From Eledone cirrhosa (lineage: Eukaryota), in assembly GCA_964016885.1 (NCBI GenBank), contig OZ024740.1, positions 20,894,001 through 20,958,000 of the forward strand: a DNA stretch of 64,000 nucleotides, written 5' to 3'. The position numbers and the translations under genes are program-made. Positions within the stretch are counted from its first letter, which is position 1. Every line of letters starts with the position of its first letter. Under the pieces are notes generated by a model. The model ran no database searches. It was not told the DNA's origin and saw only the letters and a list, made by a program, of their open reading frames with translations. Positions 38,176-53,100 of this stretch are shown here, piece after piece.

Positions 38176-41100
38176 CAGACAGTATATCTTGGATTACATT
38201 AGACAATGTACCATTCCTTCTTTCAAGGTGATATTATAGAGAGTATGTTTTGGACTACATTAGACAATGTACCATTCCTTCTTTCAATGTGATATTATCA
38301 GACAGTATATGTTGGACTACATTAGACAATATACCAGTCCTTGTCTCAATGTGATATTATCAGACAGTATATCTTGGACTACATTAGACAATGTACCATT
38401 TCTTCTTTCAATGTGATATCATCAGACAGTATATCTTGGACTACATTAGACAATGTACCATTCCTTCTTTCAAGGTGATATTATCAGACAGTATATCTTG
38501 GACTACATTAGAGAATGTACCATTCCTTCTTTCAATGTGATATTATCAGACAGTATATCTTGGACTACATTAGACAATGTACCGTTCCTTCTTTCAAGGT
38601 GATATTATCAGACAGTATATCTTGGACTACATTAGACAATGTACCGTTCCTTCTTTCAATGGGATATTATCAGACAGTATATCTTGGACTACATTAGACA
38701 ATGTACCATTTCTTCTTTCAATGGGATATTATCAGACAGTATAACTTGGACTACACTAGACAATATACCATTCCTTGTTTCAATGTGATATTATCAGACA
38801 GTATATCTTGGACTACATTAGACAATGTACCATTCCTTCTTTCAAGGTGATATTATCAGACAGTATATCTTGGATTACATTAGACAATGTACCATTCCTT
38901 CTTTCAATGTGATATTATCAGACAGTATATCTTGGACTACATTAGACAATGTACCATTCCTTCTTTCAATGGGATATTATCAGACAGTATACCTTGGACT
39001 ACACTAGACAATATACCATTCCTTGTTTCAATGTGATATTATCAGACAGTATATCTTGGACTACATTAGACAATGTACCATTCCTTCTTTCAAGGTGATA
39101 TTATCAGACAGTATATCTTGGATTACATTAGACAATGTACCATTCCTTCTTTCAATGTGATATTATCAGACAGTATATCTTGAACTACATTAGACAATGT
39201 ACCATTCCTTTTTTCAATGGGATATTATCAGACAGTATATCTTGGACTACACTAGACAATATACCATTCCTTGTTTCAATGTGATATTATCAGACAGTAT
39301 ATCTTGGACTACATTAGACAATGTACCATTCCTTCTTTCAAGGTGATATTATCAGACAGTATATCTTGGATTACATTAGACAATGTACCATTCCTTCTTT
39401 CAATGTGATATTATCAGACAGTATATCTTGGACTACATTAGACAATGTACCATTCCTTCTTTCAATGTGATATTATCAGACAGTATATCTTGGACTACAT
39501 TAGCCAATGTACCATTCCTTCTTTCAAGGTGATATTATCAGACAGTATATGTTGGATTACATTAGACAATGTACCATTCCTTCTTTCAAGGTGATATTAT
39601 CAGATAGTATATCTTGGACTACATTAGACAATGTACCATTCCTTCTTTCAAGGTAATATTTTCAGACAGTATATCTTGGACTATATTAGACAATGTACCA
39701 TTCCTTCTTTCAATGTGATATAATCAGATAGTATACCTTGGACTACATTAGACAATGTACCATTCCTTCTTTCAATTGATATTATCAGACAGTATATCTT
39801 GGACTACATTAGACAATGTACCATTCCTTCTTTCAATGGGATATTATCAGACAGTATATCTTCGACTACATTAGACAATATACCATTCCTTCTTTCAATG
39901 TGATATTATCAGACAGTATATCTTGGACTACATCAGACAATGGACCATTCCTTCTTTCAATGTGATATTATCAGACAGTATATCTTGGACTACATTAGAC
40001 AATATACCATTCCTTCTTTCAAGGTGATATAATCAGACAGTATATCTTGGACTACATTAGACAATGTACCATTCCTTCTTTCATGGTGATATTATCAGAC
40101 AGTATATCTTGGACTACATTACACCATGTACCATTCCTTCTTTCAATGTGATATTAACAGACAGTATATCTTGGACTACATTAGATGATGTACCATTCCT
40201 TCTTTCAATGTGATATTATCAGACAGTATAACTTGGACTACATTAGAGAATGTACCATTCCTTCTTTCAAGGTGATATTATCAGACAGTATATCTTGGAC
40301 TACATTAGACAATGTACCATTCCTTGTTTCTATGTGATATTATCAGACAGTATATCTTGGACTACATTAGACAATGTACCATTCCTTCTTTCAATGGGAT
40401 ATTATCAGACAGTATATCTTCGACTACATTAGACAATATACCATTCCTTCTTTCAATGTGATATTATCAGACAGTATATCTTGGACTACATCAGACAATG
40501 GACCATTCCTTCTTTCAATGTGATATTATCAGACAGTATATCTTGGACTACATTAGACAATATACCATTCCTTCTTTCAAGGTGATATAATCAGACAGTA
40601 TATCTTGGACTACATTAGACAATGTACCATTCCTTCTTTCATGGTGATATTATCAGACAGTATATCTTGGACTACATTACACCATGTACCATTCCTTCTT
40701 TCAATGTGATATTAACAGACAGTATATCTTGGACTACATTAGATGATGTACCATTCCTTCTTTCAATGTGATATTATCAGACAGTATAACTTGGACTACA
40801 TTAGACGATGTACCAGTCCTTCTTTCAATGTCATATTATCAGACAGTATAACTTGGACTACATTAGACAATGTACCATTCCTTCTTTCAAGGTGATATTA
40901 TCAGACAGTATATCTTGGACTACATTAGACGATGTACCATTCCTTCTTTCAATGTCATATTATCAGACAGTATATCTTGGTCTACATTAGACAATATACC
41001 ATTCCTTCTTTCAATGTGATATTATCAGACAGTATATCTTGGACTACATTAGACAATGTACCATTCCTTCTTTCAAGGTGATATTATCAGACAGTATATC

Positions 41101-44100
41101 TTGGACTACATTAGACAATGTACCATTCCTTCTTTCATGGTGATATTATCAGACAGTATATCTTGGACTACATTACACCATGTACCATTCCTTCTTTCAA
41201 TGTGATATTAACAGACAGTATATCTTGGACTACATTAGATGATGTACCATTCCTTCTTTCAATGTGATATTATCAGACAGTATAACTTGGACTACATTAG
41301 AGAATGTACCATTCCTTCTTTCAAGGTGATATTATCAGACAGTATATCTTGGACTACATTAGACAATGTACCATTCCTTGTTTCTATGTGATATTATCAG
41401 ACAGTATATCTTGGACTACATTAAACAATGTACCATTCCTTCTTTCAATGTTATATTATCAGACAGTATAACTTGGACTACATTAGACGATGTACCAGTC
41501 CTTCTTTCAATGTCATATTATCAGACAGTATAACTTGGACTACATTAGACAATGTACCATTCCTTCTGTCAAGGTGATATTATCAGACAGTATATCTTGG
41601 ACTACATTAGACGATGTACCATTCCTTCTTTCAATGTCATATTATCAGACAGTATATCTTGGTCTACATTAGACAATATACCATTCCTTCTTTCAATGTG
41701 ATATTATCAGACAGTATATCTTGGACTACATTAGACAATGTACCATTCCTTCTTTCAAGGTGATATTATCAGACAGTATATCTTGGACTACATTAGACGA
41801 TGTACCATTCCTTCTTTCAATGTGATATTATCAGACAGTATATCTTGCACTACATTAGACAATGTACCATTCCTTCTTTCAATGGGATATTATCAGACAG
41901 TATATCTTGGACTAGACTAGACAATATACCATTCCTTGTTTAAATGTGATATTATCAGACAGTATATCTTGGACTACATTAGACAATGCACCATTCCTTC
42001 TTTCAAGGTGATATTATCAGACAGTATATCTTGGATTACATTAGCCAATGTACCATTCCTTCTTTCAAGGTGATATTATCAGACAGTATATCTTGGATTA
42101 CATTAGACAATGTACCATTCCTTCTTTCAAGGTGATATTATCAGATAGTATATCTTGGACTACATTAGACAATGTACCATTCCTTCTTTCAATGGGATAT
42201 TATCAGACAGTATATCTTCGACTACATTAGACAATATACCATTCCTTCTTTCAATGTGATATTATCAGACAGTATATCTTGGACTACATCAGACAATGGA
42301 CCATTCCTTCTTTCAATGTGATATTATCAGACAGTATATCTTGGACTACATTAGACAATATACCATTCCTTCTTTCAAGGTGATATAATCAGACAGTATA
42401 TCTTGGACTACATTAGACAATGTACCATTCCTTCTTTCATGGTGATATTATCAGACAGTATATCTTGGACTACATTACACCATGTACCATTCCTTCTTTC
42501 AATGTGATATTAACAGACAGTATATCTTGGACTACATTAGATGATGTACCATTCCTTCTTTCAATGTGATATTATCAGACAGTATAACTTGGACTACATT
42601 AGAGAATGTACCATTCCTTCTTTCAAGGTGATATTATCAGACAGTATATCTTGGACTACATTAGACAATGTACCATTCCTTGTTTCTATGTGATATTATC
42701 AGACAGTATATCTTGGACTACATTAGACAATGTACCATTCCTTCTTTCAATGGGATATTATCAGACAGTATATCTTCGACTACATTAGACAATATACCAT
42801 TCCTTCTTTCAATGTGATATTATCAGACAGTATATCTTGGACTACATCAGACAATGGACCATTCCTTCTTTCAATGTGATATTATCAGACAGTATATCTT
42901 GGACTACATTAGACAATATACCATTCCTTCTTTCAAGGTGATATAATCAGACAGTATATCTTGGACTACATTAGACAATGTACCATTCCTTCTTTCATGG
43001 TGATATTATCAGACAGTATATCTTGGACTACATTACACCATGTACCATTCCTTGTTTCAATGTGATATTAACAGACAGTATATCTTGGACTACATTAGAT
43101 GATGTACCATTCCTTCTTTCAATGTGATATTATCAGACAGTATAACTTGGACTACATTAGAGAATGTACCATTCCTTCTTTCAAGGTGATATTATCAGAC
43201 AGTATATCTTGGACTACATTAGACAATGTACCATTCCTTGTTTCTATGTGATATTATCAGACAGTATATCTTGGACTACATTAAACAATGTACCATTCCT
43301 TCTTTCAATGTTATATTATCAGACAGTATAACTTGGACTACATTAGACGATGTACCAGTCCTTCTTTCAATGTCATATTATCAGACAGTATAACTTGGAC
43401 TACATTAGACAATGTACCATTCCTTCTTTCAAGGTGATATTATCAGACAGTATATCTTGGACTACATTAGACGATGTACCATTCCTTCTTTCAATGTCAT
43501 ATTATCAGACAGTATATCTTGGTCTACATTAGACAATATACCATTCCTTCTTTCAATGTGATATTATCAGACAGTATATCTTGGACTACATTAGACAATG
43601 TACCATTCCTTCTTTCAAGGTGATATTATCAGACAGTATATCTTGGACTACATTAGACAATGTACCATTCCTTCTTTCATGGTGATATTATCAGACAGTA
43701 TATCTTGGACTACATTACACCATGTACCATTCCTTCTTTCAATGTGATATTAACAGACAGTATATCTTGGACTACATTAGATGATGTACCATTCCTTCTT
43801 TCAATGTGATATTATCAGACAGTATAACTTGGACTACATTAGAGAATGTACCATTCCTTCTTTCAAGGTGATATTATCAGACAGTATATCTTGGACTACA
43901 TTAGACAATGTACCATTCCTTGTTTCTATGTGATATTATCAGACAGTATATCTTGGACTACATTAAACAATGTACCATTCCTTCTTTCAATGTTATATTA
44001 TCAGACAGTATAACTTGGACTACATTAGACGATGTACCAGTCCTTCTTTCAATGTCATATTATCAGACAGTATAACTTGGACTACATTAGACAATGTACC

Positions 44101-47100
44101 ATTCCTTCTGTCAAGGTGATATTATCAGACAGTATATCTTGGACTACATTAGACGATGTACCATTCCTTCTTTCAATGTCATATTATCAGACAGTATATC
44201 TTGGTCTACATTAGACAATATACCATTCCTTCTTTCAATGTGATATTATCAGACAGTATATCTTGGACTACATTAGACAATGTACCATTCCTTCTTTCAA
44301 GGTGATATTATCAGACAGTATATCTTGGACTACATTAGACGATGTACCATTCCTTCTTTCAATGTGATATTATCAGACAGTATATCTTGCACTACATTAG
44401 ACAATGTACCATTCCTTCTTTCAATGGGATATTATCAGACAGTATATCTTGGACTAGACTAGACAATATACCATTCCTTGTTTAAATGTGATATTATCAG
44501 ACAGTATATCTTGGACTACATTAGACAATGCACCATTCCTTCTTTCAAGGTGATATTATCAGACAGTATATCTTGGATTACATTAGCCAATGTACCATTC
44601 CTTCTTTCAAGGTGATATTATCAGACAGTATATCTTGGATTACATTAGACAATGTACCATTCCTTCTTTCAAGGTGATATTATCAGATAGTATATCTTGG
44701 ACTACATTAGACAATGTACCATTCCTTCTTTCAAGGTAATATTTTCAGACAGTATATCTTGGACTATATTAGACAATGTACCATTCCTTCTTTCAACGTG
44801 ATATAATCAGATAGTATAACTTGGACTACATTAGACAATGTACCATTCCTTCTTTCAATTGATATTATCAGACAGTATATCTTGGACTACATTAGACAAT
44901 GTACCATTCCTTCTTTCAATGGGATATTATCAGACAGTATATCTTCGACTACATTAGACAATATACCATTCCTTCTTTCAATGTGATATTATCAGACAGT
45001 ATATCTTGGACTACATCAGACAATGGACCATTCCTTCTTTCAATGTGATATTATCAGACACTATATCTCGGACTACATTAGACAATATACCATTCCTTGT
45101 TTCAATGTGATATTATCAGACAGTATAACTTGGACTACATTAGACAATGTACCATTCCTTCTTTCAATGTGATATTATTAGACAGTATATCTTGGACTAC
45201 ATTAGACAATATACCATTCCTTCTTTCAAGGTGATATAATCAGACAGTATATCTTGGACTACATTAGACAATGTACCATTCCTTCTTTCATGGTGATATT
45301 ATCAGACAGTATATCTTGGACTACATTACACCATGTACCATTCCTTCTTTCAATGTGATATTAACAGACAGTATATCTTGGACTACATTAGATGATGTAC
45401 CATTCCTTCTTTCAATGTGATATTATCAGACAGTATAACTTGGACTACATTAGAGAATGTACCATTCCTTCTTTCAAGGTGATATTATCAGACAGTATAT
45501 CTTGGACTACATTAGACAATGTACCATTCCTTGTTTCTATGTGATATTATCAGACAGTATATCTTGGACTACATTAAACAATGTACCATTCCTTCTTTCA
45601 ATGTTATATTATCAGACAGTATAACTTGGACTACATTAGACGATGTACCAGTCCTTCTTTCAATGTCATATTATCAGACAGTAGAACTTGGACTACATTA
45701 GACAATGTACCATTCCTTCTTTCAAGGTGATATTATCAGACAGTATATCTTGGACTACATTAGACGATGTACCATTCCTTCTTTCAATGTCATATTATCA
45801 GACAGTATATCTTGGTCTACATTAGACAATATACCATTCCTTCTTTCAATGTGATATTATCAGACAGTATATCTTGGACTACATTAGACAATGTACCATT
45901 CCTTCTTTCAAGGTGATATTATCAGACAGTATATCTTGGACTACATTAGACAATGTACCATTCCTTCTTTCATGGTGATATTATCAGACAGTATATCTTG
46001 GACTACATTACACCATGTACCATTCCTTCTTTCAATGTGATATTAACAGACAGTATATCTTGGACTACATTAGATGATGTACCATTCCTTCTTTCAATGT
46101 GATATTATCAGACAGTATAACTTGGACTACATTAGAGAATGTACCATTCCTTCTTTCAAGGTGATATTATCAGACAGTATATCTTGGACTACATTAGACA
46201 ATGTACCATTCCTTGTTTCTATGTGATATTATCAGACAGTATATCTTGGACTACATTAAACAATGTACCATTCCTTCTTTCAATGTTATATTATCAGACA
46301 GTATAACTTGGACTACATTAGACGATGTACCAGTCCTTCTTTCAATGTCATATTATCAGACAGTATAACTTGGACTACATTAGACAATGTACCATTCCTT
46401 CTGTCAAGGTGATATTATCAGACAGTATATCTTGGACTACATTAGACGATGTACCATTCCTTCTTTCAATGTCATATTATCAGACAGTATATCTTGGTCT
46501 ACATTAGACAATATACCATTCCTTCTTTCAATGTGATATTATCAGACAGTATATCTTGGACTACATTAGACAATGTACCATTCCTTCTTTCAAGGTGATA
46601 TTATCAGACAGTATATCTTGGACTACATTAGACGATGTACCATTCCTTCTTTCAATGTGATATTATCAGACAGTATATCTTGCACTACATTAGACAATGT
46701 ACCATTCCTTCTTTCAATGGGATATTATCAGACAGTATATCTTGGACTAGACTAGACAATATACCATTCCTTGTTTAAATGTGATATTATCAGACAGTAT
46801 ATCTTGGACTACATTAGACAATGCACCATTCCTTCTTTCAAGGTGATATTATCAGACAGTATATCTTGGATTACATTAGCCAATGTACCATTCCTTCTTT
46901 CAAGGTGATATTATCAGACAGTATATCTTGGATTACATTAGACAATGTACCATTCCTTCTTTCAAGGTGATATTATCAGATAGTATATCTTGGACTACAT
47001 TAGACAATGTACCATTCCTTCTTTCAAGGTAATATTTTCAGACAGTATATCTTGGACTATATTAGACAATGTACCATTCCTTCTTTCAACGTGATATAAT

Positions 47101-50100
47101 CAGATAGTATAACTTGGACTACATTAGACAATGTACCATTCCTTCTTTCAATTGATATTATCAGACAGTATATCTTGGACTACATTAGACAATGTACCAT
47201 TCCTTCTTTCAATGGGATATTATCAGACAGTATATCTTCGACTACATTAGACAATATACCATTCCTTCTTTCAATGTGATATTATCAGACAGTATATCTT
47301 GGACTACATCAGACAATGGACCATTCCTTCTTTCAATGTGATATTATCAGACACTATATCTCGGACTACATTAGACAATATACCATTCCTTGTTTCAATG
47401 TGATATTATCAGACAGTATAACTTGGACTACATTAGACAATGTACCATTCCTTCTTTCAATGTGATATTATTAGACAGTATATCTTGGACTACATTAGAC
47501 AATATACCATTCCTTCTTTCAAGGTGATATAATCAGACAGTATATCTTGGACTACATTAGACAATGTACTATTCCTTCTTTCATGGTGATATTATCAGAC
47601 AGTATATCTTGGACTACATTACACCATGTACCATTCGTTCTTTCAATGTGATATTAACAGACAGTATATCTTGGACTACATTAGATGATGTACCATTCCT
47701 TCTTTCAATGTGATATTATCAGACAGTATAACTTGGACTACATTAGAGAATGTACCATTCCTTCTTTCAAGGTGATATTATCAGACAGTATATCTTGGAC
47801 TACATTAGACAATGTACCATTCCTTGTTTCTATGTGATATTATCAGACAGTATATCTTGGACTACATTAAACAATGTACCATTCCTTCTTTCAATGTTAT
47901 ATTATCAGACAGTATAACTTGGACTACATTAGACGATGTACCATTCCTTCTTTCAATGTCATATTATCAGACAGTATAACTTGGACTACATTCGACAATG
48001 TACCATTCCTTCTTTCAAGGTGATATTATCAGACAGTATATCTTGGACTACATTAGACGATGTACCATTCCTTCTTTCAATGTCATATTATCAGACAGTA
48101 TATCTTGGACTACATTAGACAATATACCATTCCTTCTTTCAACGTGATATTATCAGACAGTATATCTTGGACTACAATAGACAATGTACCATTCCTTCTT
48201 TCAAGGTGATATTATCAGACAGTATATCTTGGACTACATTAGACGATTAACCATTCCTTCTTTCAATGTCATATTATCAGACAGTATATCTTGCACTACA
48301 TTAGACAATGTACCATTCCTTCTTTCAAGGTGATATTATCAGACAGTATATCTTGGACTACATTACACGATGTAGCATTCCTTCTTTCAATGTGATATTA
48401 TCAGACAGTATATCTTGGACTACATTAGACAATATACCATTCCTTCTTTCAATGTGATATTATCAGACAGTATATCTTGGACTACATTAAACAATGTACC
48501 ATTCCTTCTTTCAATGTTATATTATCAGACAGTATAACTTGGACTACATTAGACGATGTACCATTCCTTCTTTCAATGTCATATTATCAGACAGTATATC
48601 TAGCACTACATTAGACAATGTACCATTCCTTCTTTCAAGGTGATATTATCAGACAGTATATCTTGGACTACATTAGACGATGTAGCATTCCTTCTTTCAA
48701 TGTGATATTATCAGACAGTATATCTTGGACTACATTAGACAATATACCATTCCTTCTTTCAACGTGATATTATCAGACAGTATATCTTGGACTACATTAG
48801 ACAATGTACCATTCCTTCTTTCAATGTGATATTATCAGACAGTATATCTTGGACTACATTAGACAATATACCATTCCTTCTTTCAATGTGATATTATCAG
48901 ACAGTATATCTTGGACTACATTAGACAATATACCATTCCTTCTTTCAAGGTGATATAATCAGACAGTATATCTTGGACTACATTAGACAATGTACCATTT
49001 CTACTTTCATGGTGATATTATCAGACAGTATATCTTGGACTACATTACACCATGTACCATTCCTTCTTTCAATGTGATATTAACAGACAGTATATCTTGG
49101 ACTACATTAGATGATGTACCATTCCTTCTTTCAATGTGATATTATCAGACAGTATAACTTGGACTACATTAGAGAATGTACCATTCCTTCTTTCAAGGTG
49201 ATATTATCAGACAGTATATCTTGGACTACATTAGACAATGTACCATTCCTTGTTTCTATGTGATATTATCAGACAGTATATCTTGGACTACATTAAACAA
49301 TGTACCATTCCTTCTTTCAATGTTATATTATCAGACAGTATAACTTGGACTACATTAGACGATGTACCAGTCCTTCTTTCAATGTCATATTATCAGACAG
49401 TATAACTTGGACTACATTAGACAATGTACCATTCCTTCTTTCAAGGTAATATTATCAGACAGTATATCTTGGACTACATTAGACGATGTACCATTCCTTC
49501 TTTCAATGTCATATTATCAGACAGTATATCTTGGTCTACATTAGACAATATACCATTCCTTCTTTCAATGTGATATTATCAGACAGTATATCTTGGACTA
49601 CATTAGACAATGTACCATTCCTTCTTTCAAGGTGATATTATCAGACAGTATATCTTGGACTACATTAGACGATGTACCATTCCTTCTTTCAATGTGATAT
49701 TATCAGACAGTATATCTTGCACTACATTAGACAATGTACCATTCCTTCTTTCAATGGGATCTTATCAGACAGTATATCTTGGACTACACTAGACAATATA
49801 CCATTCCTTGTTTAAATGTGATATTATCAGACAGTATATCTTGGACTACATTAGCCAATGCACCATTCCTTCTTTCAAGGTGATATTATCAGACAGTATA
49901 TCTTGGATTACATTAGCCAATGTACCATTCCTTCTTTCAAGGTGATATTATCAGACAGTATATCTTGGATTACATTAGACAATGTACCATTCCTTCTTTC
50001 AAGGTGATATTATCAGATAGTATATCTTGGACTACATTAGACAATGTACCATTCCTTCTTTCAAGGTAATATTTTCAGACAGTATATCTTGGACTATATT

Positions 50101-53100
50101 AGACAATGTACCATTCCTTCTTTCAATGTGATATAATCAGATAGTATAACTTGGACTACATTAGACAATGTACCATTCCTTCTTTCAATTGATATTATCA
50201 GACAGTATATCTTGGACTACATTAGACAATGTACCATTCCTTCTTTCAATGGGATATTATCAGACAGTATATCTTCGACTACATTAGACAATATACCATT
50301 CCTTCTTTCAATGTGATATTATCAGACAGTATATCCTGGACTACATCAGACAATGGACCATTCCTTCTTTCAATGTGATATTATCAGACACTATATCTCG
50401 GACTACATTAGACAATATACCATTCCTTGTTTCAATGTGATATTATCAGACAGTATAACTTGGACTACATTAGACAATGTACCATTCCTTCTTTCAATGT
50501 GATATTATTAGACAGTATATCTTGGACTACATTAGACAATATACCATTCCTTCTTTCAAGGTGATATAATCAGACAGTATATCTTGGACTACATTAGACA
50601 ATGTACCATTCCTTCTTTCATGGTGATATTATCAGACAGTATATCTTGGACTACATTACACCATGTACCATTCCTTCTTTCAATGTGATATTAACAGACA
50701 GTATATCTTGGACTACATTAGATGATGTACCATTCCTTCTTTCAATGTGATATTATCAGACAGTATAACTTGGACTACATTAGAGAATGTACCATTCCTT
50801 TTTCAAGGTGATATTATCAAAAAGTATATCTTGGACTACATTAGACAATGTACCATTCCTTGTTTCTATGTGATATTATCAGACAGTATATCTTGGACTA
50901 CATTAAACAATGTACCATTCCTTCTTTCAAGGTGATATTATCAGACAGTATATCTTGGACTACATTAGACGATGTACCATTCCTTCTTTCAATGTCATAT
51001 TATCAGACAGTATATCTTGGACTACATTAGACAATATACCATTCCTTCTTTCAATGTGATATTATCAGACAGTATATCTTGGACTACAATAGACAATGTA
51101 CCATTCCTTCTTTCAAGGTGATATTATCAGACAGTATATCTTGGACTACATTAGACGATTAACCATTCCTTCTTTCAATGTCATATTATCAGACAGTATA
51201 TCTTGCACTACATTAGACAATGTACCATTCCTTCTTTCAAGGTGATATTATCAGACAGTATATCTTGGACTACATTAGACAATATACCATTCCTTCTTTC
51301 AATGTGATATTATCAGACAGTATATCTTGGACTACATTAAACAATGTACCATTCCTTCTTTCAATGTTATATTATCAGACAGTATAACTTGGACTACATT
51401 AGACGATGTACCATTCCTTCTTTCAATGTCATATTATCAGACAGTATATCTAGCACTACATTAGACAATGTTCCATTCCTTCTTTCAAGGTGATATTATC
51501 AGACAGTATATCTTGGACTACATTAGACGATGTAGCATTCCTTCTTTCAATGTGATATTATCAGACAGTATATCTTGGACTACATTAGACAATATACCAT
51601 TCCTTATTTCAACGTGATATTATCAGACAGTATATCTTGGACTACATTAGACAATGTACCATTCCTTCTTTCAATGTGATATTATCAGACAGTATATCTT
51701 GGACTACATTAGACAATATACCATTCCTTCTTTCAATGTGATATTATCAGACAGTATATCTTGGACTACATTAGTCAATGTACCATTTCTTCTTTCAAGG
51801 TGATATTATCAGACAGTATATCTTGGACTACATTAGACGATGTACCATTCCTTCTTTCAAGGTGATATTATCTGACAGTATAACTTCGACTATATTAGAC
51901 AATGTACCATTCCTTCTTTCAAGGTGATATTATCAGACAGTATATCTTGGACTACATTAGACGATATAACATTCCTTCTTTCAATGTCATATTATCAGAC
52001 AGTATATCTTGGACTACATTAGACAATATACCATTCCTTCTTTCAACGTGATATTATCAGACAGTATATCTTGGACTACATTAGACAATGTACCATTCCT
52101 TCTTTCAATGTGATATTATCAGACAGTATATCTTGGACTACATTAGACAATATACCATTCCTTCTTTCAATGTGATATTATCAGACAGTATATCTTGGAC
52201 TACATTAGTCAATGTACCATTTCTTCTTTCAAGGTGATATTATCAGACAGTATATCTTGGACTACATTAGACGATGTACCATTCCTTCTTTCAAGGTGAT
52301 ATTATCAGACAGTATAACTTCGACTACATTAGACAATGTACCATTCCTTCTTTCAAGGTGATATTATCAGACAGTATATCTTGGACTACATTAGACGATA
52401 TAACATTCCTTCTTTCAATGTCATATTATCAGACAGTATATCTTGGACTACATTAGACAATGTACCATTCCTTCTTTCAATTGATATTATCAGACAGTAT
52501 ATCTTGGAATACATTAGACAACGTACCATTCCTTCTTTCAATGGGATATTATCAGACAGTATATCTTCGACTACATTAGACAATATACCATTCCTTCTTT
52601 CAATGTGATATTATCAGACAGTATATCTTGGACTACATCAGACAATGGACCATTCCTTCTTTCAATGTGATATTATCAGACACTATATCTCGGACTACAT
52701 TAGACAATATACCATTCCTTGTTTCAATGTGATATTATCAGACAGTATAACTTGGACTACATTAGACAATGTACCATTCCTTCTTTCAATGTGATATAAT
52801 CAGACAGTATATCTTGGACTACATTAGACAATGTACCATTCCTTCTTTCATGGTGATATTATCAGACAGTATATCTTGGACTACATTACACGATGTACCA
52901 TTCCTTCTTTCAATGTGATATTAACAGACAGTATATCTTGGACTACATTAGATGATGTACCATTCCTTCTTTCAATGTGATATTATCAGACAGTATAACT
53001 TGGACTACATTAGAGAATGTACCATTCCTTCTTTCAAGGTGATATTATCAGACAGTATATCTTGGACTACATTAGACAATGTACCATTCCTTGTTTCTAT

